NCBI GenBank assembly: GCA_045588325.1
Contig: JAZNEA010000104.1
Span: 1,560-65,559, forward strand
Source of the DNA: Clostridia bacterium
GTDB taxonomy: Bacteria; Bacillota; Clostridia; RGIG7378
Length of the DNA: 64,000 nt
Direction of reading: 5' to 3'
Shown one piece after another: positions 30,876-40,898 of this stretch. The notes under the pieces were generated by a model. It searched no databases. It had not been told where the DNA came from and saw only the letters and a list, made by a program, of their open reading frames with translations. The number at the start of each line of letters is the position of its first letter. The first letter of the stretch is position 1. A program made the position numbers and the translations under genes.

Positions 30876-31802
30876 CTAAACCATTGGCGTAATTTTGTCT
30901 ATCTCGTAAGGTGTAGTCTGGTAAACAAAGTAGTTAAGCCAGTTAAAATAGAGCAAGTGAGCATGGCTACGCCAGCGGACAATGGGAGCCTGAGTATCAT
31001 CGTCTCCGGGATAGTAATACTTGGGAACCTCAATTGGCAGTCCCAAAGCCTTGTCCCTGCGATACTCTGCGTCCAATGTGTTGGGGTCATACTCTGAATG
31101 TCCTGTAATAAATACCTGTCTGCCTCCCTCGGTAGCCAGAGCATATATGCCTGCCTCCTCAGAGGTTGCCAGAATCTTGAGCTTGGGGCAAGCCTCAATG
31201 GCTGACCTCTCGACTGTAGTGTGTCTGGAATGTGGTGCGTAGAACTCGTCGTCAAAGCCCCTCATGAGCATGGATGAACGTCTCTCTACCTTGTGTGGAA
31301 ATACGCCAAACAGCTTATTCTCCAGGGGGACCTTAGGTATGCCATAATGGTAATAGAGTCCTGCCTGTGCTCCCCAACAGATATGGAATGTGCTGTGAAC
31401 GTGGGTCTTGGACCACTCCATTATCTCACAAAGCTCCTCCCAATAAGTAACCTGCTCAAAGTCCATCTGCTCTACCGGTGCACCAGTTATGACCATGCCG
31501 TCAAAATACCTGTCCTTGACCTTGTCAAAGGTGGTATAAAACTTGAGCATGTGCTCCTCAGAGGTATTCCTAGCCTTGTGTGTAGCTGTCTGCATTAATT
31601 CCAGCTCCACCTGTAATGGGGTATTGCTGAGAAGTCTGGCCAGCTGTGTCTCTGTGGCCACCTTGGTGGGCATCAAATTGAGCACCAAAATCTGCAAAGG
31701 ACGCATATCCTGCTGGATAGCCCTGGTCTCTGTCATTATGAAGATATTCTCGTCGGTGAGCACCTTTGCTGCAGGTAGCTCGTTGGGAATTTTGATGGGC
31801 AT
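30876..31802 (-). CDS. metA: Homoserine O-acyltransferase (MetA family)
   Basis: [11 protein letters not shown]…[10 protein letters not shown]…; 308 aa; 4 bp downstream of metY. Confidence 0.9.
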   Translation of the reverse strand: MPIKIPNELPAAKVLTDENIFIMTETRAIQQDMRPLQILVLNLMPTKVATETQLARLLSNTPLQVELELMQTATHKARNTSEEHMLKFYTTFDKVKDRYFDGMVITGAPVEQMDFEQVTYWEELCEIMEWSKTHVHSTFHICWGAQAGLYYHYGIPKVPLENKLFGVFPHKVERRSSMLMRGFDDEFYAPHSRHTTVERSAIEACPKLKILATSEEAGIYALATEGGRQVFITGHSEYDPNTLDAEYRRDKALGLPIEVPKYYYPGDDDTQAPIVRWRSHAHLLYFNWLNYFVYQTTPYEIDKITPMV

Positions 31803-31806
31803 CTAA

Positions 31807-33090
31807 TTAGTCCTCCAATGCCTGTGCAATGTCTGCAATAAGATCCTCTGCATCCTCGATACCACATGAGAACCTTACCAGGTCAGGTGATACTCCGGCT
31901 GCAGCCAATTCGTCGTCATTCATCTGTCTATGTGTGGCGCTGGCAGGGTGCAGGCAACAAGTCCTGGCATCTGCAACGTGTGTCTCAATGGCAGCCAGCT
32001 TAAGCTTGCCCATAAAGGCCTCTGCTGCAGCTCTGCCACCCTTTACGCCAAAGCTGACTACACCGCATGTGCCTGATGGCATGTACTTCTGTGCCAGCTC
32101 ATACTGGTCGTCTCCAGGCAGGCCAGGGTATCTGACCCAGGTTACCTTAGGGTGATTCTGCAGGAACCTGGCAACTGCAAGTCCATTATCACAATGTCTC
32201 TTCATGCGAACATGTAGGCTCTCCATGCCCAGGTTGATATAGAAGGCATGCTGAGGGGACTGGATTGCTCCAAAATCTCTCATGAGCTGTACTGTGGCCT
32301 TAGTAATAAATGCGCCCTCGATGCCGAATCTCTCTGTATATGTTACGCCGTGGTAACTGTCGTCGGGAGTGCAAAGTCCGGGGAACTTGTCTGGATACTG
32401 TGTCCAGTCAAACTTGCCGCTGTCGATAATAGCACCGCCTACGGAAACGCCGTGGCCATCAAGATACTTGGTTGTGGAATGTGTGACAATATCTGCACCA
32501 TGCTCAAAGGGTCTGCAGTTAACGGGTGTGGCGAATGTGTTGTCAACGATAAGTGGTACGCCATGCTTGTGAGCTGCAGATGCAAATTTGTCAAAGTCAA
32601 GAACTGTCAATGCAGGGTTAGCAATAGTTTCTCCAAATACGGCCTTGGTATTCGGCTTGAATGCTGCGTCCAGCTCCTCTGCTGTGCAGTCAGGTGAAAC
32701 AAAGGTAAAGTCAATGCCCATACGCTTCATCGTAACCGCAAAGAGGTTGTATGTGCCGCCATAAATGCTGGAAGTGCTGACCACATGATCTCCCACTCCT
32801 GCAATATTGAAAATCGCAAAGAAGTTAGCTGCCTGTCCAGAGGATGTGAGCATGCCTGCGGTGCCCCCCTCAAGCTCTGTCAACTTAGCTGCAACGTAAT
32901 CATTGGTAGGGTTCTGCAATCTGGTATAGAAGTAGCCACTGGCCTCCAGGTCAAAAAGCTTGCCCATGTCTGAGCTGGTGGCGTACTTAAATGTGGTGCT
33001 CTGGTATATCGGTATCTGCCTGGGCTCTCCATTGCCAGGTGTATAACCGCCCTGTACGCATTTAGTCCCCAATCCCTGTCTGTTGTCCAT
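31807..33090 (-). CDS. metY: O-acetylhomoserine (thiol)-lyase / sulfhydrylase, PLP-dependent (MetY/CysD family)
   Basis: PLP lysine context STTKYL, 427 aa, strong AGGAGG RBS. Confidence 0.9.
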   Translation of the reverse strand: MDNRQGLGTKCVQGGYTPGNGEPRQIPIYQSTTFKYATSSDMGKLFDLEASGYFYTRLQNPTNDYVAAKLTELEGGTAGMLTSSGQAANFFAIFNIAGVGDHVVSTSSIYGGTYNLFAVTMKRMGIDFTFVSPDCTAEELDAAFKPNTKAVFGETIANPALTVLDFDKFASAAHKHGVPLIVDNTFATPVNCRPFEHGADIVTHSTTKYLDGHGVSVGGAIIDSGKFDWTQYPDKFPGLCTPDDSYHGVTYTERFGIEGAFITKATVQLMRDFGAIQSPQHAFYINLGMESLHVRMKRHCDNGLAVARFLQNHPKVTWVRYPGLPGDDQYELAQKYMPSGTCGVVSFGVKGGRAAAEAFMGKLKLAAIETHVADARTCCLHPASATHRQMNDDELAAAGVSPDLVRFSCGIEDAEDLIADIAQALED

Positions 33091-33099
33091 ATTAAACCT

Positions 33100-33272
33100 C
33101 CTGAAACAGCACTATCCTGCCGTGTAAAAAATAAAGGCGTCCAATGGTTATAACCAAAGACGCCTGCAAATCGAAATCTCGCATTTTAAGAGAACGATTA
33201 GTAGGCCAAAACGAGCATTATCATGTTACACATGTGATACATCATATTGGGCCCGCTCCTCTCTTAAAAACC
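33100..33272 (-). promoter_or_regulatory. Structured 5' leader of metY-metA with intrinsic terminator; candidate (unclassified) riboswitch/attenuator
   Basis: Minus-strand RNA begins about 7 nt after the -10. An 8-9-bp P1-like helix (UUUUAAGAGA…UCUCUUAAAA) encloses about 67 nt. A GGCGUC…GACGCC hairpin plus U-run (33126-33166) follows, then AGGAGG-ATG. Confidence 0.5.
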
Positions 33273-33279
33273 TCTATAA

Positions 33280-33308
33280 ATTTTATTTCATGCAATGGTT
33301 TTTGTCAA
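33280..33308 (-). promoter_or_regulatory. Sigma-A promoter for the metY leader (-35 TTGACA, 17 nt, -10 TAAAAT)
   Basis: Reverse complement reads TTGACAaaaaccattgcatgaaaTAAAAT. Confidence 0.6.
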
Positions 33309-33467
33309 TCCTGAAAGGGGTATCCTGCGTAGTCAAAACACACAAAAAGCGCCTTGTTTTGCAGGGACTTGAGTCATCCTATCTGTTGTAACTGAAGTTG
33401 ATTTGTTGTGTCTGGATTTCTTTGCAATGAAATGCATTCACCTGGGGTGACAGCAGTCTCCAACTCC

Positions 33468-34142
33468 TCAAGGAGCTTTTGTCCCCTTTGTATCTATTGC
33501 CTCCAAGGCCGCCTGAATTCCGTCTGCCAAAGCCTTGGCTGCCAACCGCTGAAAGTCCTCCGTTACCATCAGTCCCCTCTCTGACGGATTAGACAAATAC
33601 CCTATTTCTGCAATGCATGCAGGCATGTTTGTCTTGCGGATAACCGCCAAATTTGTCCTTGAAATTACTCCCCTGTCCCTGGTGCCTAACTGGCTCACAA
33701 GCTTTGTCTGGATTATTCGTGCCAGTTCCTCTCCTGACAGCGCAGAATTCTCCCCCTGTGAGGGGTAATACAGGGTTTCCGTGCCATTTGCCGAGGTGGC
33801 GTTTTTGATGGCATTGTGATGGATGCTTACGAATATCTCCCCCTCGTACTGATTGGCAATCCTGGCTCTGGCGTCCAATGCCACAAAGCTGTCGTCCTCT
33901 CTGGTGAGCACATAGGAGATACCTCTACTCTCCAATTCCTGGGCCAGATACTTGGCTATATTTAAGTTGAGAACCTTCTCTTCCACACCATCGTAGGTGC
34001 TGCCCGAATCCTGTCCCCCATGTCCAGGATCGATTATAACCCTGACGCTACGTTCTGCCTCTGCCCCTGTAAATGCCTCTATCAGAAACAGTAGTGCCAG
34101 CACAAACATGGATGCCCACAGAGCTACTCGACGTTTGTCCAT
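33468..34142 (-). CDS. N-acetylmuramoyl-L-alanine amidase, Amidase_3 family (CwlD-like)
   Basis: VIIDPGHGGQDSG… plus conserved E/H residues; N-terminal signal/TM; overlaps gpr by 19 bp. Confidence 0.75.
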   Translation of the reverse strand: MDKRRVALWASMFVLALLFLIEAFTGAEAERSVRVIIDPGHGGQDSGSTYDGVEEKVLNLNIAKYLAQELESRGISYVLTREDDSFVALDARARIANQYEGEIFVSIHHNAIKNATSANGTETLYYPSQGENSALSGEELARIIQTKLVSQLGTRDRGVISRTNLAVIRKTNMPACIAEIGYLSNPSERGLMVTEDFQRLAAKALADGIQAALEAIDTKGTKAP

Positions 34143-35257
34143 AGGTATTCCTCCGCCTGTTTTCTGGTGTTTACTCCATGAAATGCCATGTTAATAGAAG
34201 CAGAAATAACTGCCGACATTTTTTCTATGAGTGCATCCACATCCTTTGGTGTCACAACCATGTCCCCGATGCGAGGGTACAGAACTTCTCTGAACAACAA
34301 TTGTTTTTGATGGGAGTTCAGGTCGTCCAGCAGGCCAAACAGCTCTCGCTCCTTGCTGCTATGTTCCTCCATTTTCTCCTTCAGAGATGAGATAGTTAGT
34401 TCCACTGCCTCCGACGCCAAAGTGGCAGCATCGACTACTGTGGGAACACCTACTGCTATAACTGGAACGCCCAGCGTCTTGCGGGACAATTCCATTCTGC
34501 GATTGCCCACTCCCGACCCTGGCACTATACCGCTATCTGTAAACTGAACGGACCTGCCCAATCTCTCTATGCTACGGGAGGCCAGAGCATCTATTACCAC
34601 GACCAAACCAGGCTTTACTGTATCGACAATTCCTCGGACTGTCTCTGCAGTCTCTATGCCCGTAATACCCATTACCCCTGGGGCAATGGCGCACATTGAA
34701 CGAATTCCCCTGGTCATTTCCTCCGGAACGACTCCCCACATATGTCGCGTTACCAGCACCTGCTCTGTCACCTTGGTTCCCAGACTGTCTGCAGTAACAT
34801 ATCTGTTGCCCAGACCCAAAATCATTATGGTCTTGTCCTCGTCCAGATCTCCGCAAAGTTCCTGCAGACATTGTGTGCACACGTCAACGCACGCATCGTA
34901 GCAGCGAGGCTCGCTGTCTATATCTGTTGTTTCGATGTCCACGGTCAAATATGTTCCCATTGGCTTTCCCAGGCTTTCTGCAGCCTGAGGCTCCATTATG
35001 ACCACCTTTGTCAGCCTGATTCCATCCTCGGGCGTCTCCTGGTGGACTTTGGTGCCCTTGGGCGTCTCTCCTGCATCCGTAACACTTTCCACTGCCATGT
35101 CTGTCCTGACCTGGCACATTCTGACTCCATTTTTTGATCTGCTCTCGTCCATCATCTGATCAGAAAGCTGTCTGCACAATCTTGTTTTATCTGTGGAATC
35201 TCCCACATCTCCTGACTCAGGCGTGGGGAATTCTCCCTGATTTAACTTCTCTTCCAT
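34124..35257 (-). CDS. gpr: Germination protease GPR (spore endopeptidase)
   Basis: ILGLGNRYVTADSLGTKV and TDSGIVPGSGVGNRR blocks typical of GPR; 377 aa. Confidence 0.85.
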   Translation of the reverse strand: MEEKLNQGEFPTPESGDVGDSTDKTRLCRQLSDQMMDESRSKNGVRMCQVRTDMAVESVTDAGETPKGTKVHQETPEDGIRLTKVVIMEPQAAESLGKPMGTYLTVDIETTDIDSEPRCYDACVDVCTQCLQELCGDLDEDKTIMILGLGNRYVTADSLGTKVTEQVLVTRHMWGVVPEEMTRGIRSMCAIAPGVMGITGIETAETVRGIVDTVKPGLVVVIDALASRSIERLGRSVQFTDSGIVPGSGVGNRRMELSRKTLGVPVIAVGVPTVVDAATLASEAVELTISSLKEKMEEHSSKERELFGLLDDLNSHQKQLLFREVLYPRIGDMVVTPKDVDALIEKMSAVISASINMAFHGVNTRKQAEEYLWTNVE

Positions 35258-35394
35258 AATTTTTCCTTTTTTAAGTTAGTATTCGCAGAAAAACCCGTAT
35301 CATGAATTTGGAAATATGGAAATTTTGGCAACTTTACGCTACCTTTCTTTTAGTGTAAAATTAACCCAGCATTTTATGTATGGAGAGACTTTGT

Positions 35395-37200
35395 ATGTCA
35401 GATCGACAGAAATATATACGCAATTTTTGTATTATCGCCCATATTGACCATGGTAAGTCCACTTTGGCTGACAGGCTCATTGAGGCAACAGGTGTTTTGA
35501 CTGCCCGCGAGATGGAGAATCAGGTTCTGGACAACATGGACCTGGAGAAGGAGCGCGGCATCACCATCAAGGCCCAGTCCGTCCGCATGGTGTACAAGCA
35601 TTCCGATGGACATGAGTATATATTGAACCTGATTGACACTCCCGGACACGTGGACTTTAGCTACGAGGTTTCTCGTTCCCTTGCTGCATGTGAGGGAGCT
35701 GTTTTGGTCGTGGATGCAGCACAGGGTGTAGAGGCCCAGACCCTGGCCAACGTATACCTCGCTATCGACAACGACCTGGAGATTCTGCCGGTTCTCAATA
35801 AGGTTGATCTGCCCAGCGCAGACCCCGAGTCAGCCAGAGCAGAGATAGAGGACGTAATTGGTATTGACGCCTCCATGGCCCCCTGCATTTCTGCCAAGAA
35901 TAAGATTAATATTCCCGAGGTTTTCGACCGCATTATTGATACCCTGCCCTGTCCCAACGGAGACGAGGATGCCCCTCTTAAGGGCCTGGTTTTCGACTCA
36001 TATTACGACAGTTACAAGGGCGTTATCGTCCACACCAGCATTAAGGATGGTTCTGTCAAGACAGGTGACTCCATCAGATTTATGAACTCCGGCTCCGTAT
36101 ACCAGATTACAGAGCTTGGATATTTTAAGCCAGGCGGTTACGTTCCTACTAAGGAACTGCTTGCCGGCGAGGTTGGCTACATCATTGCCAGCATCAAGAA
36201 CGTAAGAGACATCACAGTTGGTGATACCATTACTCTGGACAGCAGACCTGCCACAGAGCCCTTGCCTGGTTACCATGAGGTCCATCCCATGGTATACAGC
36301 GGCATTTATCCTTTGGACGGCTCCGAGTATGATGAGCTAAAGGAGGCCATGGAGAAGTTGCAGTTAAATGATGCTGCATTCCACTTTGAGCCTGAGACAT
36401 CGGCTGCTCTGGGATTTGGTTTCCGCTGCGGATTCCTGGGCCTGCTCCACATGGAGATTATCCAGGAGCGCCTTGAGAGGGAGTACAACATGGACATCAT
36501 CACCACTGCTCCCAGCGTTATTTACAAGGTTCACAAAACTGACGGCACTGTCATAGACCTGGACAACCCCTCTAACCTGCCACCCACTACGGAGATTGAG
36601 TATATGGAGGAGCCCATTGTATCTGCATCCATCATGACCCCCAAGGAGTATGTGGGCAACATTATGCAGCTGGTACAGGAGCGACGCGGCGTCTACCTCG
36701 ACATGAAGTATCTGGATGTGACCAGAGTTATTTTGGAATACGAGATTCCACTTAACGAGATTATCTACGACTTCTTTGATTCCCTCAAGAGCCGCACCAA
36801 GGGTTATGCCTCTTTTGACTATGAACTTAAGGGCTACGCCCAGTCTGAGCTGGTCAAATTGGACTTCTACATGAATGGCGAGATTGTTGATGCCCTGTCA
36901 TTTATCGTGTTCAAGGATAATGCATATCCCAGAGCCCGTAAGCTGGCAGAGCGCCTCAAGGAGGTTATCCCGAGACAGCAGTTCGAGGTTCCGATTCAGG
37001 CATACATCGGCGGCAAGATTATTGCCCGTGAGACAGTCCGCGCCTACCGCAAGGATGTTACTGCCAAGTGTTATGGTGGCGACATTACCCGTAAGAAAAA
37101 GCTGCTCGAGAAGCAGAAAGAGGGCAAAAAGCGTATGCGCCAGTTTGGTACTGTGGAGATCCCACAGGAGGCCTTTATGGAGATCCTCAAGATTGACTGA
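35395..37200 (+). CDS. lepA: Elongation factor 4 (LepA)
   Basis: [22 protein letters not shown]-domain; 600-aa class. Start at the second ATG, which has GGAGAG 7 nt upstream. Confidence 0.95.
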   Translation: MSDRQKYIRNFCIIAHIDHGKSTLADRLIEATGVLTAREMENQVLDNMDLEKERGITIKAQSVRMVYKHSDGHEYILNLIDTPGHVDFSYEVSRSLAACEGAVLVVDAAQGVEAQTLANVYLAIDNDLEILPVLNKVDLPSADPESARAEIEDVIGIDASMAPCISAKNKINIPEVFDRIIDTLPCPNGDEDAPLKGLVFDSYYDSYKGVIVHTSIKDGSVKTGDSIRFMNSGSVYQITELGYFKPGGYVPTKELLAGEVGYIIASIKNVRDITVGDTITLDSRPATEPLPGYHEVHPMVYSGIYPLDGSEYDELKEAMEKLQLNDAAFHFEPETSAALGFGFRCGFLGLLHMEIIQERLEREYNMDIITTAPSVIYKVHKTDGTVIDLDNPSNLPPTTEIEYMEEPIVSASIMTPKEYVGNIMQLVQERRGVYLDMKYLDVTRVILEYEIPLNEIIYDFFDSLKSRTKGYASFDYELKGYAQSELVKLDFYMNGEIVDALSFIVFKDNAYPRARKLAERLKEVIPRQQFEVPIQAYIGGKIIARETVRAYRKDVTAKCYGGDITRKKKLLEKQKEGKKRMRQFGTVEIPQEAFMEILKID

Positions 37201-37201
37201 T

Positions 37202-38344
37202 ATGAGCACTGTCGGACTATACATTCACGTTCCCTTTTGCAGGCATAAGTGCATATATTGTGGTTTCTATTCTGTTCCCTGCGGGGAACAGTTTTCTCTT
37301 GCGGAGAAATATCTGCAAATGCTGGAAAGGGAGTGCGAGATTAAGGCTGGCAAGTATGGCAGGCTGTCTTTGGATACCATTTTTGTAGGCGGCGGCACAC
37401 CCTCTCTACTGTCTCCTGGCGAACTCAGAGAGCTTGGCAGGATCATTCACACATACTTTGACACTAGTTCCGTGTCAGAGTTCACATTCGAGTCCAACCC
37501 TGGCACATTGGACATGGACAAACTGCAGGCCATGAGAACAATCGGGGCCAACAGGCTCAGCATGGGCCTCCAGTCCTCCAACAACGACACACTTGCCTTG
37601 ATAGGCCGCATCCACAACAGACATATTTTTGAGGAGTCCTACAGACTTGCCCGCCAGGCTGGCTTTGACAACATTTCCGTAGATATGATCTTTGGGTTCC
37701 CCGGCCAGACATTGGAGGATGTGACCCGTGACATTGATTACCTGATTAAACTTAAGCCCGAACACATTTCTGCATATAGCCTTATGATTGACGAGGGTAC
37801 TGCGCTGGAAAGGATGCTGGACGAGGGCAGGTTCACTCTCCCTCCCGAGGATGTTGAGCGCCAGATGTACTACGCATACAGGAAGATGCTATCCAAGGCA
37901 GGATATGAGCAGTACGAAATCTCCAATTGGGCACAGCCGGGCCGCCAGTCTCAGCACAACATAAGGTATTGGCGTGACAAGGATTATCTGGGCGTCGGGC
38001 CATCTGCCCACTCGCTGATGCGTGGCGAAAGGTTTGGAAATCCAGATTCCTTGGACACATGGACTCAGGATCTGACCAACAACCAGGACCCTGGCATATT
38101 GCTGGAAAAGCGTTCCACAGATGATCACATGACAGAGTTCATGTTTACCGGGCTTCGCATGCTGGAGGGCATTAACCTGACTGCTTTTGAGGCCACATTT
38201 GGCGTGACTGTTGACCAGGCATATCCTGGTGTGGTGGACAGCCTGACAGGTCGCGGACTGCTCGTTAAGGAAAATGGACATATCCACCTGACAGACGTAG
38301 GTCTTGACCTGGGTAATCAGGTTTTTGTGGAGTTTGTGAGGTAA
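37202..38344 (+). CDS. hemW: Radical-SAM heme chaperone HemW (HemN-like, oxygen-independent coproporphyrinogen oxidase family)
   Basis: MSTVGLYIHVPFCRHKCIYCGF CxxxCxxC motif; conserved lepA-hemW synteny. The ORF track extends far upstream into lepA in-frame, which is rejected. Confidence 0.9.
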   Translation: MSTVGLYIHVPFCRHKCIYCGFYSVPCGEQFSLAEKYLQMLERECEIKAGKYGRLSLDTIFVGGGTPSLLSPGELRELGRIIHTYFDTSSVSEFTFESNPGTLDMDKLQAMRTIGANRLSMGLQSSNNDTLALIGRIHNRHIFEESYRLARQAGFDNISVDMIFGFPGQTLEDVTRDIDYLIKLKPEHISAYSLMIDEGTALERMLDEGRFTLPPEDVERQMYYAYRKMLSKAGYEQYEISNWAQPGRQSQHNIRYWRDKDYLGVGPSAHSLMRGERFGNPDSLDTWTQDLTNNQDPGILLEKRSTDDHMTEFMFTGLRMLEGINLTAFEATFGVTVDQAYPGVVDSLTGRGLLVKENGHIHLTDVGLDLGNQVFVEFVR

Positions 38345-38459
38345 AACCTATACAGCAACATACAATTGCATGGCAAAATGCCCCTGAAAATGCAATAGCA
38401 ACAAAGCGTTGCTTACCATTTTTCCCTTACGTTGATATACTAACTGTGAGGTGATTAAC

Positions 38460-38828
38460 ATGAACGAAGTAGCAAAAAGCATCAAAAATCTTAGAAAAGA
38501 AAAAAAGCTTACACAGGACCAGCTAGCAGAACAACTCCACGTAACACGCCAAGCCGTATCTAACTGGGAAAATGGCAAGACCCAACCTGATATAGATACA
38601 CTCAAACAAATTGCAGAGTTCTTTGACGTCTCCATCGAGCGCATTATTTACGGCAAGGAAAAGAAGAGGTTTTACTTTAGTGTGAAGGCCGACCCTCAAG
38701 CTGCCATAGAACTTGGTTCTATCCTAGCCATGATTCTATCCTACGATATGTGGGGTTCCATTGGCAAAGCCATCCTCCACGGCATCCTGGGTTGGGCCTA
38801 CGTAATTTATTACGTAATTAAGTTTTAA
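38460..38828 (+). CDS. XRE-family HTH regulator with C-terminal transmembrane segment
   Basis: KLTQDQLAEQLHVTRQAVSNWENGK HTH. Hydrophobic C-terminal 50 aa. RBS GGTGA 5 nt before the ATG. Confidence 0.7.
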   Translation: MNEVAKSIKNLRKEKKLTQDQLAEQLHVTRQAVSNWENGKTQPDIDTLKQIAEFFDVSIERIIYGKEKKRFYFSVKADPQAAIELGSILAMILSYDMWGSIGKAILHGILGWAYVIYYVIKF

Positions 38829-39058
38829 TCTTCCCCGCAGCTCATACTATTTAGGTGTGAGCGCTTTTATTAATGGTTTTAACGAAGACTATATGGCAGC
38901 AAAAAGTACGACTCCTATGCCCCATGCATCGAGGAGATTTATAGATGCCGTGGGTCGTTCTAGCAGAAGACACTTTGAACTTTTTCGCGTTTATTTCGTA
39001 TCTTTAGTATAATTTAGTTGGATATACATAACTTAACATTCACAAAGGAGACCTTCAT

Positions 39059-39550
39059 ATGAAGAAATTAATGGTTATTCTTTTATCTGTAGTCCTAGTC
39101 TTTTCAATTGTGGCTTGCGCTCAACAAGACTCCACACAAACCGTAATGAAGGCTAGAGAAGGAAAAATGCCATCTACTAAAGATGAATTCAACAATGAAG
39201 TCAAGGCAATAATACAAGATTACAAAGCAAACTATGATAACATTACCTCCAACGGTGGCAAAATTACTAAGGTGACTTTCGAAACGGATTTTGATATTGA
39301 GAAATGCTCTGTTTCTAGAGTATCGTCAGTAGATGACAACAATATTGATGTAGAACTAAACGGCTATTTAGATCTAGCTGTAGAAACAACCATAAATGGC
39401 AATAAGGCTACTATCGAAACAGCTTTTTGGTATGGCGGTGGTTGGGTTCAAGAATATCCCATCTGGAGCTATCTAGTTCAACTAGTGGACACTGATGGAA
39501 ACGTACACTATTACTATTTTAGAGTAGATTATTCTTCAACAAACAAATAA
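39059..39550 (+). CDS. Hypothetical lipoprotein (163 aa)
   Basis: Signal peptide with lipobox (FSIVAC), RBS GGAGA, -10 TATAAT at about 39008, own terminator. Appears lower in GC than flanks. Confidence 0.6.
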   Translation: MKKLMVILLSVVLVFSIVACAQQDSTQTVMKAREGKMPSTKDEFNNEVKAIIQDYKANYDNITSNGGKITKVTFETDFDIEKCSVSRVSSVDDNNIDVELNGYLDLAVETTINGNKATIETAFWYGGGWVQEYPIWSYLVQLVDTDGNVHYYYFRVDYSSTNK

Positions 39551-39555
39551 CTTGC

Positions 39556-39582
39556 CTGCCTCCACCCTCTGGTGGAGGTTTT
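39556..39582 (+). terminator. Intrinsic terminator of lipoprotein gene (coordinates approximate)
   Basis: cctccaccctctggtggagg followed by tttttt. Confidence 0.6.
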
Positions 39583-39587
39583 TTGCA

Positions 39588-39620
39588 ATAAAAAAACCCG
39601 CCGACTGCTCGGCGGGTCAC
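39588..39620 (-). terminator. Intrinsic terminator of hfq (coordinates approximate)
   Basis: Minus strand gacccgccgagcagtcggcgggttttttt. Confidence 0.7.
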
Positions 39621-39640
39621 AAACCAATTCAGACAATCAA

Positions 39641-39898
39641 TTATTCATCATCAGAAGAAGATGTAAACAGGACATCCATGGGCCTTGTGGGCGAAATGGT
39701 GGAGATAGCATGCTTATAAATCATCTGCTGTCTGCCATCGGACTCAAGCACCACTATAAAGTTGTCAAATGCCTTGACGAATCCCCTGATCTGTACACCA
39801 TTTGTAATAAAAATGGTAACAGGGTTGTTTGTCTTGCGGACATGGTTCAAAATAACGTCCTGAATGTTGATTCCCTTGTTCTTATTCTCTCTTTCCAT
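39641..39898 (-). CDS. hfq: RNA chaperone Hfq
   Basis: Sm motifs: …[57 protein letters not shown]…. Confidence 0.9.
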   Translation of the reverse strand: MERENKNKGINIQDVILNHVRKTNNPVTIFITNGVQIRGFVKAFDNFIVVLESDGRQQMIYKHAISTISPTRPMDVLFTSSSDDE

Positions 39899-40037
39899 AG
39901 AATCTTCCCTTCGATAATGTATAATTTATATTTTTGACCACATTTAGATGCGCATCACGGTAAATTATATCTTATTTTGGGAAAATTACACTTCCGTATT
40001 CCACCAAAAAAGCACACTATTTTTGACTCTTTGCCAA

Positions 40038-40898
40038 TTATTGCCTTATTTTATTCCTGAACCATGTAAGCTGTCGCTTGGCATAATTGCGGGTCTTTTG
40101 CTTCAGGTAGTCCTTGGCCTCCTCCAGGGTCTGTTCACCACGGATGTAGGCCGCCATCTCCTTATATGCAATGGCCTTGGCGCAGGGGCATGATTCCGGC
40201 AAATTCCAGCTCATGAACATCTCTGTCTCCTGTATGAGGCCACGCTCCACCATAATGTCCACCCTGCGGTTAATCCTGTCGTACAACACTTCCCTGGGCA
40301 TGTCCATCATATGAACCTGGAATTGGTACGGTGACTCCTGCAGCCTGGACTCTGCCTCCATGTCCAGTATTGACCTGCCTGTTATCAGCTTAATCTCCAG
40401 TGCCCGGATAATCCTCTTGGTATCGCCGGGCGACAGACGCTGTGCGGCCTTAGGATCTGACTCCTGCAATCTGTTGTACAGCACCTCTGTACCCTCTGTC
40501 TGGGCCACCTGTTGCAGCGAAGCCCTCAGTTCCTCGTCGGTTTCAGTCTCCGTATACTGTATATTGTCCATAAGGGCGCTGACATACTGGCCTGTACCTC
40601 CCACCACAATTGGTGTCTTGCCGCGGCTAAGTATGTCCTCTATAGTTCTGACTGCATCCTCCTTGTACCTGGCTACGCTGTAGAATTCTCGCGGCTCCAG
40701 CACGCTCATCAGGTGATGAGGGATCCCCTGCATTTCCTCCTGAGTGGGCTTACCTGTGCCAATGTCCAAGTACTTATAGACCTGCATCGAGTCACAATTA
40801 ACTACCTCCCCCGAACTGCGGAGGGCCAGATCAATGCCATATGCGGTTTTGCCTGATGCGGTTGGGCCGCAAACTATATGAACCAATGGCTTTGTCAT
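40038..40898 (-). CDS. miaA: tRNA dimethylallyltransferase MiaA
   Basis: P-loop HIVCGPTASGKT; conserved miaA-hfq linkage. Confidence 0.9.
   Translation of the reverse strand: MTKPLVHIVCGPTASGKTAYGIDLALRSSGEVVNCDSMQVYKYLDIGTGKPTQEEMQGIPHHLMSVLEPREFYSVARYKEDAVRTIEDILSRGKTPIVVGGTGQYVSALMDNIQYTETETDEELRASLQQVAQTEGTEVLYNRLQESDPKAAQRLSPGDTKRIIRALEIKLITGRSILDMEAESRLQESPYQFQVHMMDMPREVLYDRINRRVDIMVERGLIQETEMFMSWNLPESCPCAKAIAYKEMAAYIRGEQTLEEAKDYLKQKTRNYAKRQLTWFRNKIRQ

Noticed and set aside
33181-33275. Calling the metY leader a canonical S-box (SAM-I) riboswitch
   Set aside because: Only fragments of the consensus are present (AAGAGAGG, GGCCC). The enclosed region is about 67 nt, against about 95 nt for SAM-I, and lacks the GCAACC and GAUGAGAG-type conserved segments. 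It is reported as an unclassified leader instead.
35258-35379. Sigma-G/F forespore promoter upstream of gpr
   Set aside because: The -10-like CATGATA is present, but no convincing GnATR -35 at 17-18-bp spacing. Mentioned only as a weak hint in findings.
36875-37201. Six-frame ORF 36875-38344 extending hemW 109 codons upstream, overlapping lepA in another frame
   Set aside because: The extension is Arg/Ser-rich nonsense lying inside the lepA coding region. The conserved HemW N-terminus MSTVGLYIHVPFC starts at the internal ATG 37202, 2 nt after the lepA stop.
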